A stretch of DNA of 63,376 bases, counting the filler, from a bacterium (GTDB taxonomy: Bacteria > JACRDZ01 > JAQUKH01): NCBI GenBank assembly GCA_028719205.1. It is 4 parts of 4 records of this genome, joined end to end, with 100 filler letters (N's around TTAATTAATTAA, not from the genome) between each part and the next. Parts side by side here need not be neighbours in the genome. Positions count along the whole stretch, not along the records: positions 17,019 to 33,469 come from JAQUKH010000045.1; positions 33,570 to 49,145 come from JAQUKH010000046.1; 2 more parts are not named here. The stretch is one strand, 5' to 3'. A model generated the notes under the pieces. It searched no databases and was not told the DNA's origin. It saw nothing but the letters and a program-made list of their open reading frames with translations. Positions 26,663-36,052 of the stretch are shown here, piece after piece. Every line of letters starts with the position of its first letter. Position 1 is the stretch's first letter. The translations under genes were made by a program, and so were the position numbers.

Positions 26663-29600
26663 TTACTGTAATTTATTACTTAATTTTGAGATAAAATCCT
26701 CAGCATCGGCTTGATTATGGCCTGATACTCCAATGAGATAAATGTTAAAAGATAAATTTTCGCCTGGAAGAATATTAAAAGGCTTGCATTTTACTAAACC
26801 TTTTAAGGGAGATTTTATTAATTCTAAATTGTAATGTCCGGCACTGTTCAGACTATTGTAATATAACAATAGGTTTTTTATCTCTCGAGGAATAACATTA
26901 AAAATTCCTATTTTCTCTTTTGGATCATAAGCACCAAAATAATTATCATTTAAAACTATGAACTGACTAAAAAGTTCAGGTACATTTAAACTGAATTTCT
27001 GGTGACGCAATGTCTGCTGTGAGGGGATAACAAAAAAATCATTGTCGGATGTTTTCCCAATAGAGAATTCAGCATGGGCACGCCAATGAAAATTATACTG
27101 ATACGGATCTTGTTGGTAGAGGCGATCTCTTTCAGGCGCGGGATTACTTATTTTATACTCCATTTTTAAATACGGCTGATGTGCCTCAAGCGTCATTGTT
27201 CTTGCAAGTTTAAATTTTGCCCCGGGAGTTAGTGTTTCCGGAATTGAAATCATGGCAGTAAGAATGATTTCTTCTGGTTCCAGTTTTATTATTTCGTATT
27301 CCCAATCCAACTGACTTAAAATCCATTTCCATTCTCCCCAGTCTTCATAGCCTCCTATATCTATCCAATCTTTCTTTTTCAGCTTATCCCAATTGCTTCT
27401 TATATCCTCTGAATAGTTTTTGTTAAGATTCTCCAGATTTTTATATAGGGTGGGAACGCCTTTTACATTGAATTCTATAATCCTTCCTCCATTTTCCAGT
27501 ACAACGATCTCCAGGATCGAATTTTTGAGCTTATATGCCATGTGATTATGATAGTTTATGATTTCTAATGAACATGGCAGTTTGCTCGTTTCATTCATCT
27601 TCTTAATTTTCCCCAATTGTGCCAGATAAGATTTTACTTTTCGAGTATTTCCTTTAGCGGCCTGTTTTTCCGCATTTTTTAATAAAAAAGTATATGATTT
27701 ATTGGATAGAGCGGATAATTTTTCTGATGCTATTAAGATTTCCAACTCTTTTATCGTGATTCTTTTTATTGCCTTTTCCAGGAGTTCTTTCTCCCTTGCA
27801 CCATAATGATTTTTTAGCTTATTAAGAAGACTTTCATATTCATGAACGTCAATACCTTTTCCTTTTAATGTGTTTATCTTAGAGCTGAATAAATTTATAC
27901 TGTTATCATTTTTCACCAAAAATTTCCGATACAATATTTTTCCTTTACCATCCTTTTCGGCTATAATTTTAACCTCATTTTTTCCTTCTTTTAAAGAAAG
28001 TTCTTTCTCAAAATATCCATTAGAAGAAACAGGAATTGATTGTCCGTTTATAGTAATCTTGGTTCCCTGTTCGGTTTTGCCAAAAAGCATAATAATATTA
28101 ACGGCTATAGGAGTATTTTCTGGTAGATTACTGCCCAGAAGAAGCAAAGGGGATTTTTTCATTTCAAGAATATTCTGTGCACACTGTTCGCGTATTTTGA
28201 ACAATAACGCAGAATTTTCGCTATATTTATCAATGTCCTGTATCAGTGGAAAAATGATTTCTCTAATTCTTTGCTTTGCTGAAAATTCCGGGAATGATAA
28301 TTTTTCTTTAACTCCGTTAATTTCTCTTTCCAGCAACCACAAATATGCATAATCTTCCATCGCTTCTCGCACATTTTCCCATCTTATGGTATTGACAACA
28401 GGCCCATTGCCGGAAGGATGGGGATATAGAGCAATTGCTTCTCCCGCAGGCGTTGTATCCTTATCATTATTACGGAGTGTGGGATTTTTCCAGGGAGAAA
28501 CGGTTGGATTGCGCCAATTATTCACATTCCATAACATTAATCCATCCAGTTCAGCCAAGTATGCCTGCCAAGTATAAATTCGATGTGCCAATAAGGGTAT
28601 TTCTAGCGACATCGGATAATTATACCCCCACAACTTATGCCCCTTTTTCTTTGCGGCTCTTGCAACTTCAGGAACAAATGCAGCGGGAAAAAGACCACAA
28701 AAAATATCAAAAGGGCCTTGCAGACCTGGTTCGGGAGTTTTTGTTACAAATGTTATTATTCGTGAGTATCCTTTTTTTACTATATTTCCTAGTTCTCGAA
28801 TTTTCTCAAAGTCACCAAGGAGAGGTTCGTCGTAAACATATGCAATAGACTTTTCCAATAATTTTTTTTCTTGCAAATGTTTCCCCACCTGTTGACAGTA
28901 TTGTTCAAAATATCTATTAAATTCCGGAGTCAGTAATTTATATCCCAACCATCCTTCGTTGTCTTCCCATAGTCCGCAATTGAAACCCCATACCCAAGGC
29001 CTGCCGATACCAGGAATGGGATAACATGTATTTAGATTGTATTTTTTTATTGGTTCGAAGAAAGAATCAAAATCTGTAAAATCTATTATTCTCAAATTAT
29101 CCTGTACTATTTCAAATTTCGGCCAGTTTTCTTCATAATAACTGCGACATCCTCCAACTCTATGGTCTTTAAGGTTTTCAAAAAAATTATTCATTATTTC
29201 CTGTAATGGCCTTTTATCGAAACGCCTTGCCCATCTTTCATTGAAATAAAAGCGGGTGGGTAAAGGATTTTGGGGAGGGATTTCAAAATCCCAAATAAAT
29301 AATTTCAGAGGAATGGGGGAAAGGATATCTTTTTCAGTTATTATATTTATATAACCGTTGTATTCTCCCGAGTTTATATTACATGGAACTTTAATAGTAA
29401 TCCAAAATGGTTGATTTTGCCCTTTTTTTACTTCAGTTTCATTAATTGGCAAGAGCAGATCTTCATTAAGTCCTAAAACGTTTAAGTTATTTGTTACTTT
29501 GGTTATATTAACATAGCCAACAGGATTATAAGAAAGGCATTCTTTCTTCAAAATCACCCTATTTTCTTTATTCTTCAAATCCGTAAATTGAATTTTTACC

Positions 29601-30496
29601 TTGCCTAAATTTTTTAATGGAGAAATAACCAGTTGAAATGGCTCATATTCTCCTTTGGCTGCAGATATTTTTATTTCCTCCTTCTTTTTTAACTTTTCAA
29701 GGAACAAATTAGAAATTTCGAAAGGTACTTTTGATATAGGGTTTTCATACCAAATAGCATAATCTGCACTCGCTCCAAGAGTATACGCAGAAGATGGTAA
29801 ATTGATATTATTTGATATTTTTCCCGGAATAATTCTCACTTCATCAATCCATGTTGTTCCTATCCCTTGAGCTATTATACATACACAGAAACTAGCTGCT
29901 CCCTGGGAGGAGAAAAAATCACATTTAAAACACTCATAGTTTTTTTGGGGAGAACGTGGATGAAAAAATTTTCTTCGTATAATTTGACCTTGTTTGTTCC
30001 TAAAGTCTATTTTTATAGTAAGCGCCGGATGAGGTTCCCATGATGTTTTGTAAAAAAAACTCAAGTCATATTTACATTTTTCTTTGCATTCAGCAATGAG
30101 GTAATAGATACTTAAGTGTGCATCATTTTTCTTTCCTTCTATTCTTAAGGATTTATCCCCGCGGTAGACATCTTCTTGTGTTATTGAAACTTTACCTCCA
30201 TGATAATAACGACGACAAAAGGGCTTCCAATTACCAAGACCATTTTCGAAACCCGAATTTTTGATTAAATTATTTTCTGAGAAATCTTTTTCTGGTAATT
30301 TGGAAGCATTTACCATTGTATTTGCCGATATTATTAATAATACTATAAAAGTAAATATTTCAAAGGCACTTAATGAAAAAATTGATTTACTATCTGTTTT
30401 CATTTCTGGTAAAGATTTAATATTTTTAAGTTCTCCCGTCGAAAAATTTTTAGCTTTTTTCCCGGTCGTTTCATTTTTATCTTCGGCGTTTATCAT
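26663..30496 (-). CDS. Large modular GH123-like/DUF4091 glycoside hydrolase with N-terminal CBM4/9-like and C-terminal beta-supersandwich domains
   Basis: TM/signal, NLIKNSGFE CBM, AKGEYEPFQL, QPFWITI, YDEP, IRWENVREAMEDYAYL. Confidence 0.75.
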   Translation of the reverse strand: MINAEDKNETTGKKAKNFSTGELKNIKSLPEMKTDSKSIFSLSAFEIFTFIVLLIISANTMVNASKLPEKDFSENNLIKNSGFENGLGNWKPFCRRYYHGGKVSITQEDVYRGDKSLRIEGKKNDAHLSIYYLIAECKEKCKYDLSFFYKTSWEPHPALTIKIDFRNKQGQIIRRKFFHPRSPQKNYECFKCDFFSSQGAASFCVCIIAQGIGTTWIDEVRIIPGKISNNINLPSSAYTLGASADYAIWYENPISKVPFEISNLFLEKLKKKEEIKISAAKGEYEPFQLVISPLKNLGKVKIQFTDLKNKENRVILKKECLSYNPVGYVNITKVTNNLNVLGLNEDLLLPINETEVKKGQNQPFWITIKVPCNINSGEYNGYINIITEKDILSPIPLKLFIWDFEIPPQNPLPTRFYFNERWARRFDKRPLQEIMNNFFENLKDHRVGGCRSYYEENWPKFEIVQDNLRIIDFTDFDSFFEPIKKYNLNTCYPIPGIGRPWVWGFNCGLWEDNEGWLGYKLLTPEFNRYFEQYCQQVGKHLQEKKLLEKSIAYVYDEPLLGDFEKIRELGNIVKKGYSRIITFVTKTPEPGLQGPFDIFCGLFPAAFVPEVARAAKKKGHKLWGYNYPMSLEIPLLAHRIYTWQAYLAELDGLMLWNVNNWRNPTVSPWKNPTLRNNDKDTTPAGEAIALYPHPSGNGPVVNTIRWENVREAMEDYAYLWLLEREINGVKEKLSFPEFSAKQRIREIIFPLIQDIDKYSENSALLFKIREQCAQNILEMKKSPLLLLGSNLPENTPIAVNIIMLFGKTEQGTKITINGQSIPVSSNGYFEKELSLKEGKNEVKIIAEKDGKGKILYRKFLVKNDNSINLFSSKINTLKGKGIDVHEYESLLNKLKNHYGAREKELLEKAIKRITIKELEILIASEKLSALSNKSYTFLLKNAEKQAAKGNTRKVKSYLAQLGKIKKMNETSKLPCSLEIINYHNHMAYKLKNSILEIVVLENGGRIIEFNVKGVPTLYKNLENLNKNYSEDIRSNWDKLKKKDWIDIGGYEDWGEWKWILSQLDWEYEIIKLEPEEIILTAMISIPETLTPGAKFKLARTMTLEAHQPYLKMEYKISNPAPERDRLYQQDPYQYNFHWRAHAEFSIGKTSDNDFFVIPSQQTLRHQKFSLNVPELFSQFIVLNDNYFGAYDPKEKIGIFNVIPREIKNLLLYYNSLNSAGHYNLELIKSPLKGLVKCKPFNILPGENLSFNIYLIGVSGHNQADAEDFISKLSNKLQ

Positions 30497-30618
30497 TTTT
30501 TTCTATTCCTTCTCGATTTTTTTACATTTTCTCTTTATTTATTCGACTTCACTTCTCTCAATTCTGAGACTACATAAAACCCCGATTTTAATTTCAGCTT
30601 TTCCAAGCTGTTACAAAT

Positions 30619-31245
30619 TCAAAATGAATCGTGTCCCATTATATCATCATTGTTCGCTAGTATACTAGGCTTTTTATCCCCAGCAACACGACCATCCAAA
30701 AATAGTATATTGCTTCCGGCAAAATGAGGAAAGTTAATATATTGTCCCCCGGTACAAATTGAACATCCAAAATATTGTACATAAGCCCGGTTTGCGTCAT
30801 CAAACATATCCATTATGGCACACAGCCGCGAGGGAGATTTAAATGCATTTATCTTTCGCCATGTTCCAATTTCTCCAAATGAGAGAATATGCTTGTAGTT
30901 TCCACCGTATCCTACATAGTTATTCGAAGAAGGGCATTCTGTTACTTTATTGTCGCTCCCGTAATTAGTCTGCTTGTTTCCAATATACGGAGACAATAAG
31001 GAAAACAATTTATCACTACTGTTATTTGAAATGGATACAACGAAATCATTATAATCCATGGAATACATTATAACTCCTTGTCCTATTGTTTTTAGATTAT
31101 TGGCACATGTAATCCCCTTCGCTTTTTCTTTAGCTTTGTTTAACGCCGGAAGCAGCATTGACGCAAGAATCGCAATGATGCCGATCACCACGAGCAATTC
31201 GACAAGTGTGAATTCCCGTTTTTTTTCAATGTTCGCTTTTTTCAT
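30619..31245 (-). CDS. DUF1559 prepilin-type N-terminal / H-X9-DG protein
   Basis: [29 protein letters not shown]...CANNLK.IG and [21 protein letters not shown]. Confidence 0.92.
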   Translation of the reverse strand: MKKANIEKKREFTLVELLVVIGIIAILASMLLPALNKAKEKAKGITCANNLKTIGQGVIMYSMDYNDFVVSISNNSSDKLFSLLSPYIGNKQTNYGSDNKVTECPSSNNYVGYGGNYKHILSFGEIGTWRKINAFKSPSRLCAIMDMFDDANRAYVQYFGCSICTGGQYINFPHFAGSNILFLDGRVAGDKKPSILANNDDIMGHDSF

Positions 31246-31334
31246 CGAACACCTCCTTTGGGGGTTGGTTAATTCCGTTTATGTATTTTTTTACAATAGA
31301 TTTTATCTCCGGAATTTTATAATTATTTCTGTTT

Positions 31335-32033
31335 TTACGGCAATACCCGCCTAGAGATATTCTGTCCCCAGGTATGTAATTTTCTAAATCCTTCAGCATA
31401 TTTGATCCCGCAACTGAAGCCCAGGGTAAACGCTTTGGCTTCGACAAACTTCAGCAGGTCGCGGGATTCATATTTCGTATAAACTTCAAGCTGACTTTTG
31501 TGTTTTGAAAGCATTTCCAGTTTAGTTTCAAGAGTATCGCTTATGTCTACGTATTGTTCAGGGAAAAATCCGGTTCCGCAGACCGTACTCATAAAGTATA
31601 ATATCGGCATTTTTTCACAGGCAGAATATTTTGATTCCAGGGTAGTAGTTATGCAGGGAATAAGAGACTCGGATACCGTTTTACTGACCATCTTATGATC
31701 GGGATTAAAGGAACTTGGGTCGTGAGTGATTATTACCTCAGGTTTTATTTCTCTTATTATTTCAACAATTTCATTTCTCAATGCCAGGTTCTCCTCTATT
31801 CCCAAATCGGAATATCCCATCCATCTTAACTCAGCATCAATAACAGCGGCAGATTCAAATGCTTCGGTTTTTCTTATCTCAATCATTTTTTTTGGTTCGC
31901 AGGTTCGGCCATAACGGCCGTCGGTTACACAAACCATATAGATATTATAGTCTTTTTGCCGGTATTTAGCAAGAGTTCCGGCACCAGAGATTTCCAAATC
32001 ATCCGGGTGAGCCCCTATCGCTAATATATTCAT
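31335..32033 (-). CDS. PIG-L/LmbE family deacetylase
   Basis: AHPDD, VTDG, RKTEA, NPDH, HKSQ, YAEGF. Confidence 0.9.
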   Translation of the reverse strand: MNILAIGAHPDDLEISGAGTLAKYRQKDYNIYMVCVTDGRYGRTCEPKKMIEIRKTEAFESAAVIDAELRWMGYSDLGIEENLALRNEIVEIIREIKPEVIITHDPSSFNPDHKMVSKTVSESLIPCITTTLESKYSACEKMPILYFMSTVCGTGFFPEQYVDISDTLETKLEMLSKHKSQLEVYTKYESRDLLKFVEAKAFTLGFSCGIKYAEGFRKLHTWGQNISRRVLP

Positions 32034-32044
32034 AAAAATACTTC

Positions 32045-33127
32045 CTATAGGTTCTTTATAATGTCTGAAATATATATAAAGTTACGTACCGCTTTTTCCT
32101 GGAAAACACCGGAACTGGTTCCGCCTAGAATAAATTTTTCAGTATTGCAGTTTGAAATTATTTCCAGAACCATTTTGCTGATTTCATCTTGGTCTTTTTT
32201 ACCCAATATTTCCATATCATCCAGATTCCCCAGCAAGCAGATTTTATTGCCGGTAATTTTCTTTGCCTCAGATATATAAGTATCTCCCCACGGCGGCGCT
32301 TCCAGGGGTTCCAACAGATCAATCCCCATGTCTATAAAATCTTTCAAATAACGCCTGATACATCCGTGACAATGATATTGAACAATACCCCCGTAACTAT
32401 GGATAATATCAATAAGTTTTTTGTCATACTCTTTTACGAGGGAATAAAATCCATCAGGTCCCAGTTGGGTAGTAGCATATTCGGCCCCTACAATATGAAA
32501 GACATCCACGCCAAGTTCACACAACTGCTTTACATGATTATTAATCCTTTCGGCTGCTACCGCAACCAGGTTTTTTATCAATTCCGGATTCAATCCCCAA
32601 TTTAGACAAAACTCTTCAGGAGAAAACCAAGACGCCGGAAAACAAATGGCGTTTCCATATATCCCTAAAACTATTAAGCCGTTATTGCCAATTTTTTCCT
32701 TCCAGTAATTATAATTACTCAAATCTATTTGAGGCGGGGTATAGGGGATTGACATGAATTTTTCAATATCGTTTTCATCTTTGAATGGAAATTTCACCGT
32801 AGCGGATATCGAATTATATTTTTCGATAATTCGGGTTAAATCTCCTTGCGGTGTATGGAATGTCAAATGTTTCTGATTATCTATCTCTTTACTTTCAAAT
32901 TCCATATTCCCGCCGGTAATAACATCAAAATCGTGAGTAACGGCATGGGCTGGAATAATAATATCCGTTTTTTCAATCAATTCATTTAATAAATCATTCC
33001 TGAAAGGATAAGGTTCTTTCCTATATGGGACCTCCGGGCCAAGGGCACCGAACATATAAGGAGAAACCGGAATACGGTCTGTTTTTCCTCCTTTAATCGT
33101 TGTCAATATTCTTTTTCTTGAATTCAT
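32045..33127 (-). CDS. URO-D/MtaA-CmuA superfamily protein
   Basis: MNSRKRIL...DRIPV, TPQGDL, YHCHG, EPLEAPPWGD, LGNLD. Confidence 0.85.
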   Translation of the reverse strand: MNSRKRILTTIKGGKTDRIPVSPYMFGALGPEVPYRKEPYPFRNDLLNELIEKTDIIIPAHAVTHDFDVITGGNMEFESKEIDNQKHLTFHTPQGDLTRIIEKYNSISATVKFPFKDENDIEKFMSIPYTPPQIDLSNYNYWKEKIGNNGLIVLGIYGNAICFPASWFSPEEFCLNWGLNPELIKNLVAVAAERINNHVKQLCELGVDVFHIVGAEYATTQLGPDGFYSLVKEYDKKLIDIIHSYGGIVQYHCHGCIRRYLKDFIDMGIDLLEPLEAPPWGDTYISEAKKITGNKICLLGNLDDMEILGKKDQDEISKMVLEIISNCNTEKFILGGTSSGVFQEKAVRNFIYISDIIKNL

Positions 33128-33128
33128 A

Positions 33129-33469
33129 CTATACCTTTTTCATAATATTCATAAACTCATCCGCTTTTCTTTCCGCCTCAGCAATCGTAGCTTGAGGACC
33201 AATGCCCCAAGCGGCTCCTATTCCTTTGTCTTTAAGCCCGATAGCCAGATTGATGCTTCGGGAAAGAATGTCTTCAGTCTTCGGAAGCATTCCTTGCTCA
33301 TATTTAATAGCTTTACCATAATACGGACAGGTAAAGGGACAAGTTTTGGCGTCGGAGGTTTTCTTTTCCAGCAGTTGTTCCATATTCCGGTAAACGTGCC
33401 AGCCTGAATTCAATAAAACGGGCGCGCCTAATTTTTCTCCAGTAGCCGTTGCAGTTTCCCGGTCCGGGA
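33129..33469 (-). CDS. DegT/DnrJ/EryC1/StrS aminotransferase C-terminal fragment (truncated by gap)
   Basis: Frame open to gap; GWHVY...CPFTCP...LPKTEDILSRSINL. Confidence 0.65.
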
Positions 33470-33569
33470 NNNNNNNNNNNNNNNNNNNNNNNNNNNNNNN
33501 NNNNNNNNNNNNNTTAATTAATTAANNNNNNNNNNNNNNNNNNNNNNNNNNNNNNNNNNNNNNNNNNNN
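33470..33569. other. Artificial contig linker
   Basis: N-run with TTAATTAATTAA. Confidence 0.97.
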
Positions 33570-34006
33570 TATATCATAGCGTTTATATCCGGTTTATTCT
33601 TATAACACATTATGGTATTGGTTGAACTGGGTTTTGTTGTTATAAAAGTTTGCCCGCCGTAAGTTGTTGCTTCAGAATCAGCATGCGCATAATTATGGGA
33701 AACATTAACATCAGTATGGGTAGTAGTTGTAGCTGGTGTGGTATAAGTTCCATAGGTTGCGGAATTACTGGAATCTACAATTATAAAAAACTCAAAACCA
33801 TTATTAAGCGCGACTTCCGCGCAACGCAGTAAAGTAAAATCATTTACTCTTTCTCTGGTAGTGTTGCTGTTGCCGTTGAAAGTTACCCGAAACACATTTG
33901 TATCCAGCTGTGTGTCAGAATAACCGCCGTTAAATCCTCTTGACCGATAAGAAGTAGCGCAGCCAAATAGAGTAAAGACAATTAAAATCATCCAGATATT
34001 TTTCAT
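33570..34006 (-). CDS. CC0125/CC1285-like lipoprotein, 3'-truncated by gap
   Basis: LFGCAT lipobox, GGYSDTQL, FRVTFNGN, LLRCAEV. Confidence 0.75.
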
Positions 34007-34065
34007 GATGGGATCTCCTTAAATTGTATTTAATTAATCATACCACAATCATGGAATTTTATCTA

Positions 34066-34094
34066 TTGCCGCTTTTTCGTAATCATATTATAAT
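34066..34094 (+). promoter_or_regulatory. sigma70 promoter of mnmA
   Basis: TTGCCG-N17-TATAAT, ATG 8 nt downstream. Confidence 0.6.
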
Positions 34095-34102
34095 GATAAA
34101 AA

Positions 34103-35218
34103 ATGAAACCGGATAAAAGTATAATAAAAAATAAAATTGTTATCGCGATGAGCGGGGGTGTGGATAGTTCAGTCGCCGCTTTTTTGCTTAAAGAAAAAGG
34201 ATATGACGTTTTCGGGATAACAATGCTTATCTGGCATAATGAAAATGAGTGCCAGGTGAATAAAAGCTGCTGTTCACCTGATGATATAATTGATGCCCGC
34301 CGCATCGCGTCCCAATTGAAAATACCGTTCCAAACCGTTAATTTTGTGAAAGAATTCAAAAATGATGTAATGGACTATTTCTGCAGGGAATATTTGAAAG
34401 GAGTTACGCCCAATCCCTGTATCATTTGTAATGAAAGAATGAAATTCGGATATTTACTGGATTACGCGAAGGCGCAGGGGATAGATCATATCGCGACGGG
34501 GCATTACGCGAAAAATTATTTTGATAAGAAAACGGGAAGATACGCGATTAAAAAAGGTAAAGATAAGACGAAAGACCAGTCTTATGTTCTATTTTCCTTG
34601 ACTCAGGATCAGCTTGAACATGTTATTTTCCCGCTGGCGGATCTTACAAAAGAAGAGGTCAGGGAAATAGCGAAAGAAAACGGGCTTATAACAGCAAAAA
34701 AAAAAGAAAGCCAGGAAATATGTTTTATCCCTGATAATGATTATCCAAAATTTATAAATGAGCATTTCCACGCGAAAGAAAAAGCAGGTTTGATCTTGGA
34801 TATTAATGGCAAAATATTGGGCAGGCATAAGGGTATTTATCGTTATACGATCGGACAGAGAAAAGGGCTCGGGATTTCTTCACCGCATCCTTTATATGTC
34901 GTAAAGATCAATACGGAGGAAAATGTAATAATCGTGGGAAAGGATGAGGATCTATATCAGAAGGAGTTCATAGCTGAAAAGGTTAATTGGCAGGCGATAG
35001 ATAAGCTAGAAGGCCCGATTTCAGTAAAGGCAAAGATAAGGTATAAATTTGAAGAAGAAAAAGCGGAGATTTTCCCTCTTGATAATAAAAGGGCAAGGGT
35101 TGAATTCTTAAAACCTCAGCGCGCGATAACTCCCGGACAGGCAGTAGTTTTTTATAAAAAAGATGTAGTTGTCGGCGGGGGATGGATAAAAAAAAATGAT
35201 GAAAAATTATTATCCTGA
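34103..35218 (+). CDS. mnmA: tRNA 2-thiouridylase MnmA
   Basis: AMSGGVDSS, TPNPCIICN, ATGHY, KDQSY, SQEICF, YTIGQRKGL, TPGQ. Confidence 0.97.
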   Translation: MKPDKSIIKNKIVIAMSGGVDSSVAAFLLKEKGYDVFGITMLIWHNENECQVNKSCCSPDDIIDARRIASQLKIPFQTVNFVKEFKNDVMDYFCREYLKGVTPNPCIICNERMKFGYLLDYAKAQGIDHIATGHYAKNYFDKKTGRYAIKKGKDKTKDQSYVLFSLTQDQLEHVIFPLADLTKEEVREIAKENGLITAKKKESQEICFIPDNDYPKFINEHFHAKEKAGLILDINGKILGRHKGIYRYTIGQRKGLGISSPHPLYVVKINTEENVIIVGKDEDLYQKEFIAEKVNWQAIDKLEGPISVKAKIRYKFEEEKAEIFPLDNKRARVEFLKPQRAITPGQAVVFYKKDVVVGGGWIKKNDEKLLS

Positions 35219-35966
35219 GAACATTAAATATGAAGAGCGGACTTACCGTGAGCTTGTAAATACAAATGATCTGCTGAAATTTTCGGTTTCCGTGAAAGAG
35301 ACGGATCTTTTAATAATGGCGGAAAAAGATCTATCTAAAGAAGTAATGAGCTCGATCTTAAAATATAGAAATCAGATCGAAAAATATATTGAAGAATACC
35401 CGGTCTTTAAAACTACTCTTGAGCCGTATAAGCCGGATAACTTCGCGCCAAATATAGTTCAGAATATGTCAAAAATTTGTTCGCAGGTTGGAGTGGGCCC
35501 GATGGCAAGCGTTGCGGGGGCAGTTTCGGAATTTGTGGGGCTTGATATTTTGCCTTTAAGCCCGGAGTTTATTATTGAAAACGGGGGAGATATTTTTTTT
35601 AATTCAAAAAAGATAAGAACTGTCGGGATTTATGCCGGCAGATCACCTTTGAGCAATAAGATCGCGATCGAGATACAGCCGCATTCCACCCCTTTAGGAA
35701 TTTGTACTTCTTCAGGCACAGTAGGTCATTCTTTAAGTTTCGGTAAGGCCGACGCGGTGGTAATTATTTCCGGGTCAGCGATTTTAGCCGATGCGGCCGC
35801 TACGGCGGTGGGTAATATTGTAAAAACTCAGGATGATATTTTAACCGGCATAGAAGAGGCAAAAAAAATATCAGGCCTTTTAGGTGTGGTAATAATTAAG
35901 GATGATAAAATGGGCTGCTGGGGAGAGGTTAAGCTTGTTCCGTGGAGTTATACAAAAAACACTTGA
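35196..35966 (+). CDS. UPF0280/ApbE-like protein (COG2122)
   Basis: VGPMASVAGA, ENGGDI, GICTSSGTVGHSLSFGKADA, ADAAATAVGN. Confidence 0.9.
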   Translation: MMKNYYPENIKYEERTYRELVNTNDLLKFSVSVKETDLLIMAEKDLSKEVMSSILKYRNQIEKYIEEYPVFKTTLEPYKPDNFAPNIVQNMSKICSQVGVGPMASVAGAVSEFVGLDILPLSPEFIIENGGDIFFNSKKIRTVGIYAGRSPLSNKIAIEIQPHSTPLGICTSSGTVGHSLSFGKADAVVIISGSAILADAAATAVGNIVKTQDDILTGIEEAKKISGLLGVVIIKDDKMGCWGEVKLVPWSYTKNT

Positions 35967-36018
35967 CAAAAAGTTTCAGGTATGTTAAAGTCTACAATAT
36001 ATATATAGATGATAGACT
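35963..36018 (+). promoter_or_regulatory. sigma70 promoter with putative operator
   Basis: TTGACA-N17-TAAAGT with TGn; AGTCTA (35989) / TAGACT (36013) inverted repeat over the start site. Confidence 0.55.
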
Positions 36019-36052
36019 ATGAAAATCTAAATAATTTAGGAGGATATGAAAT

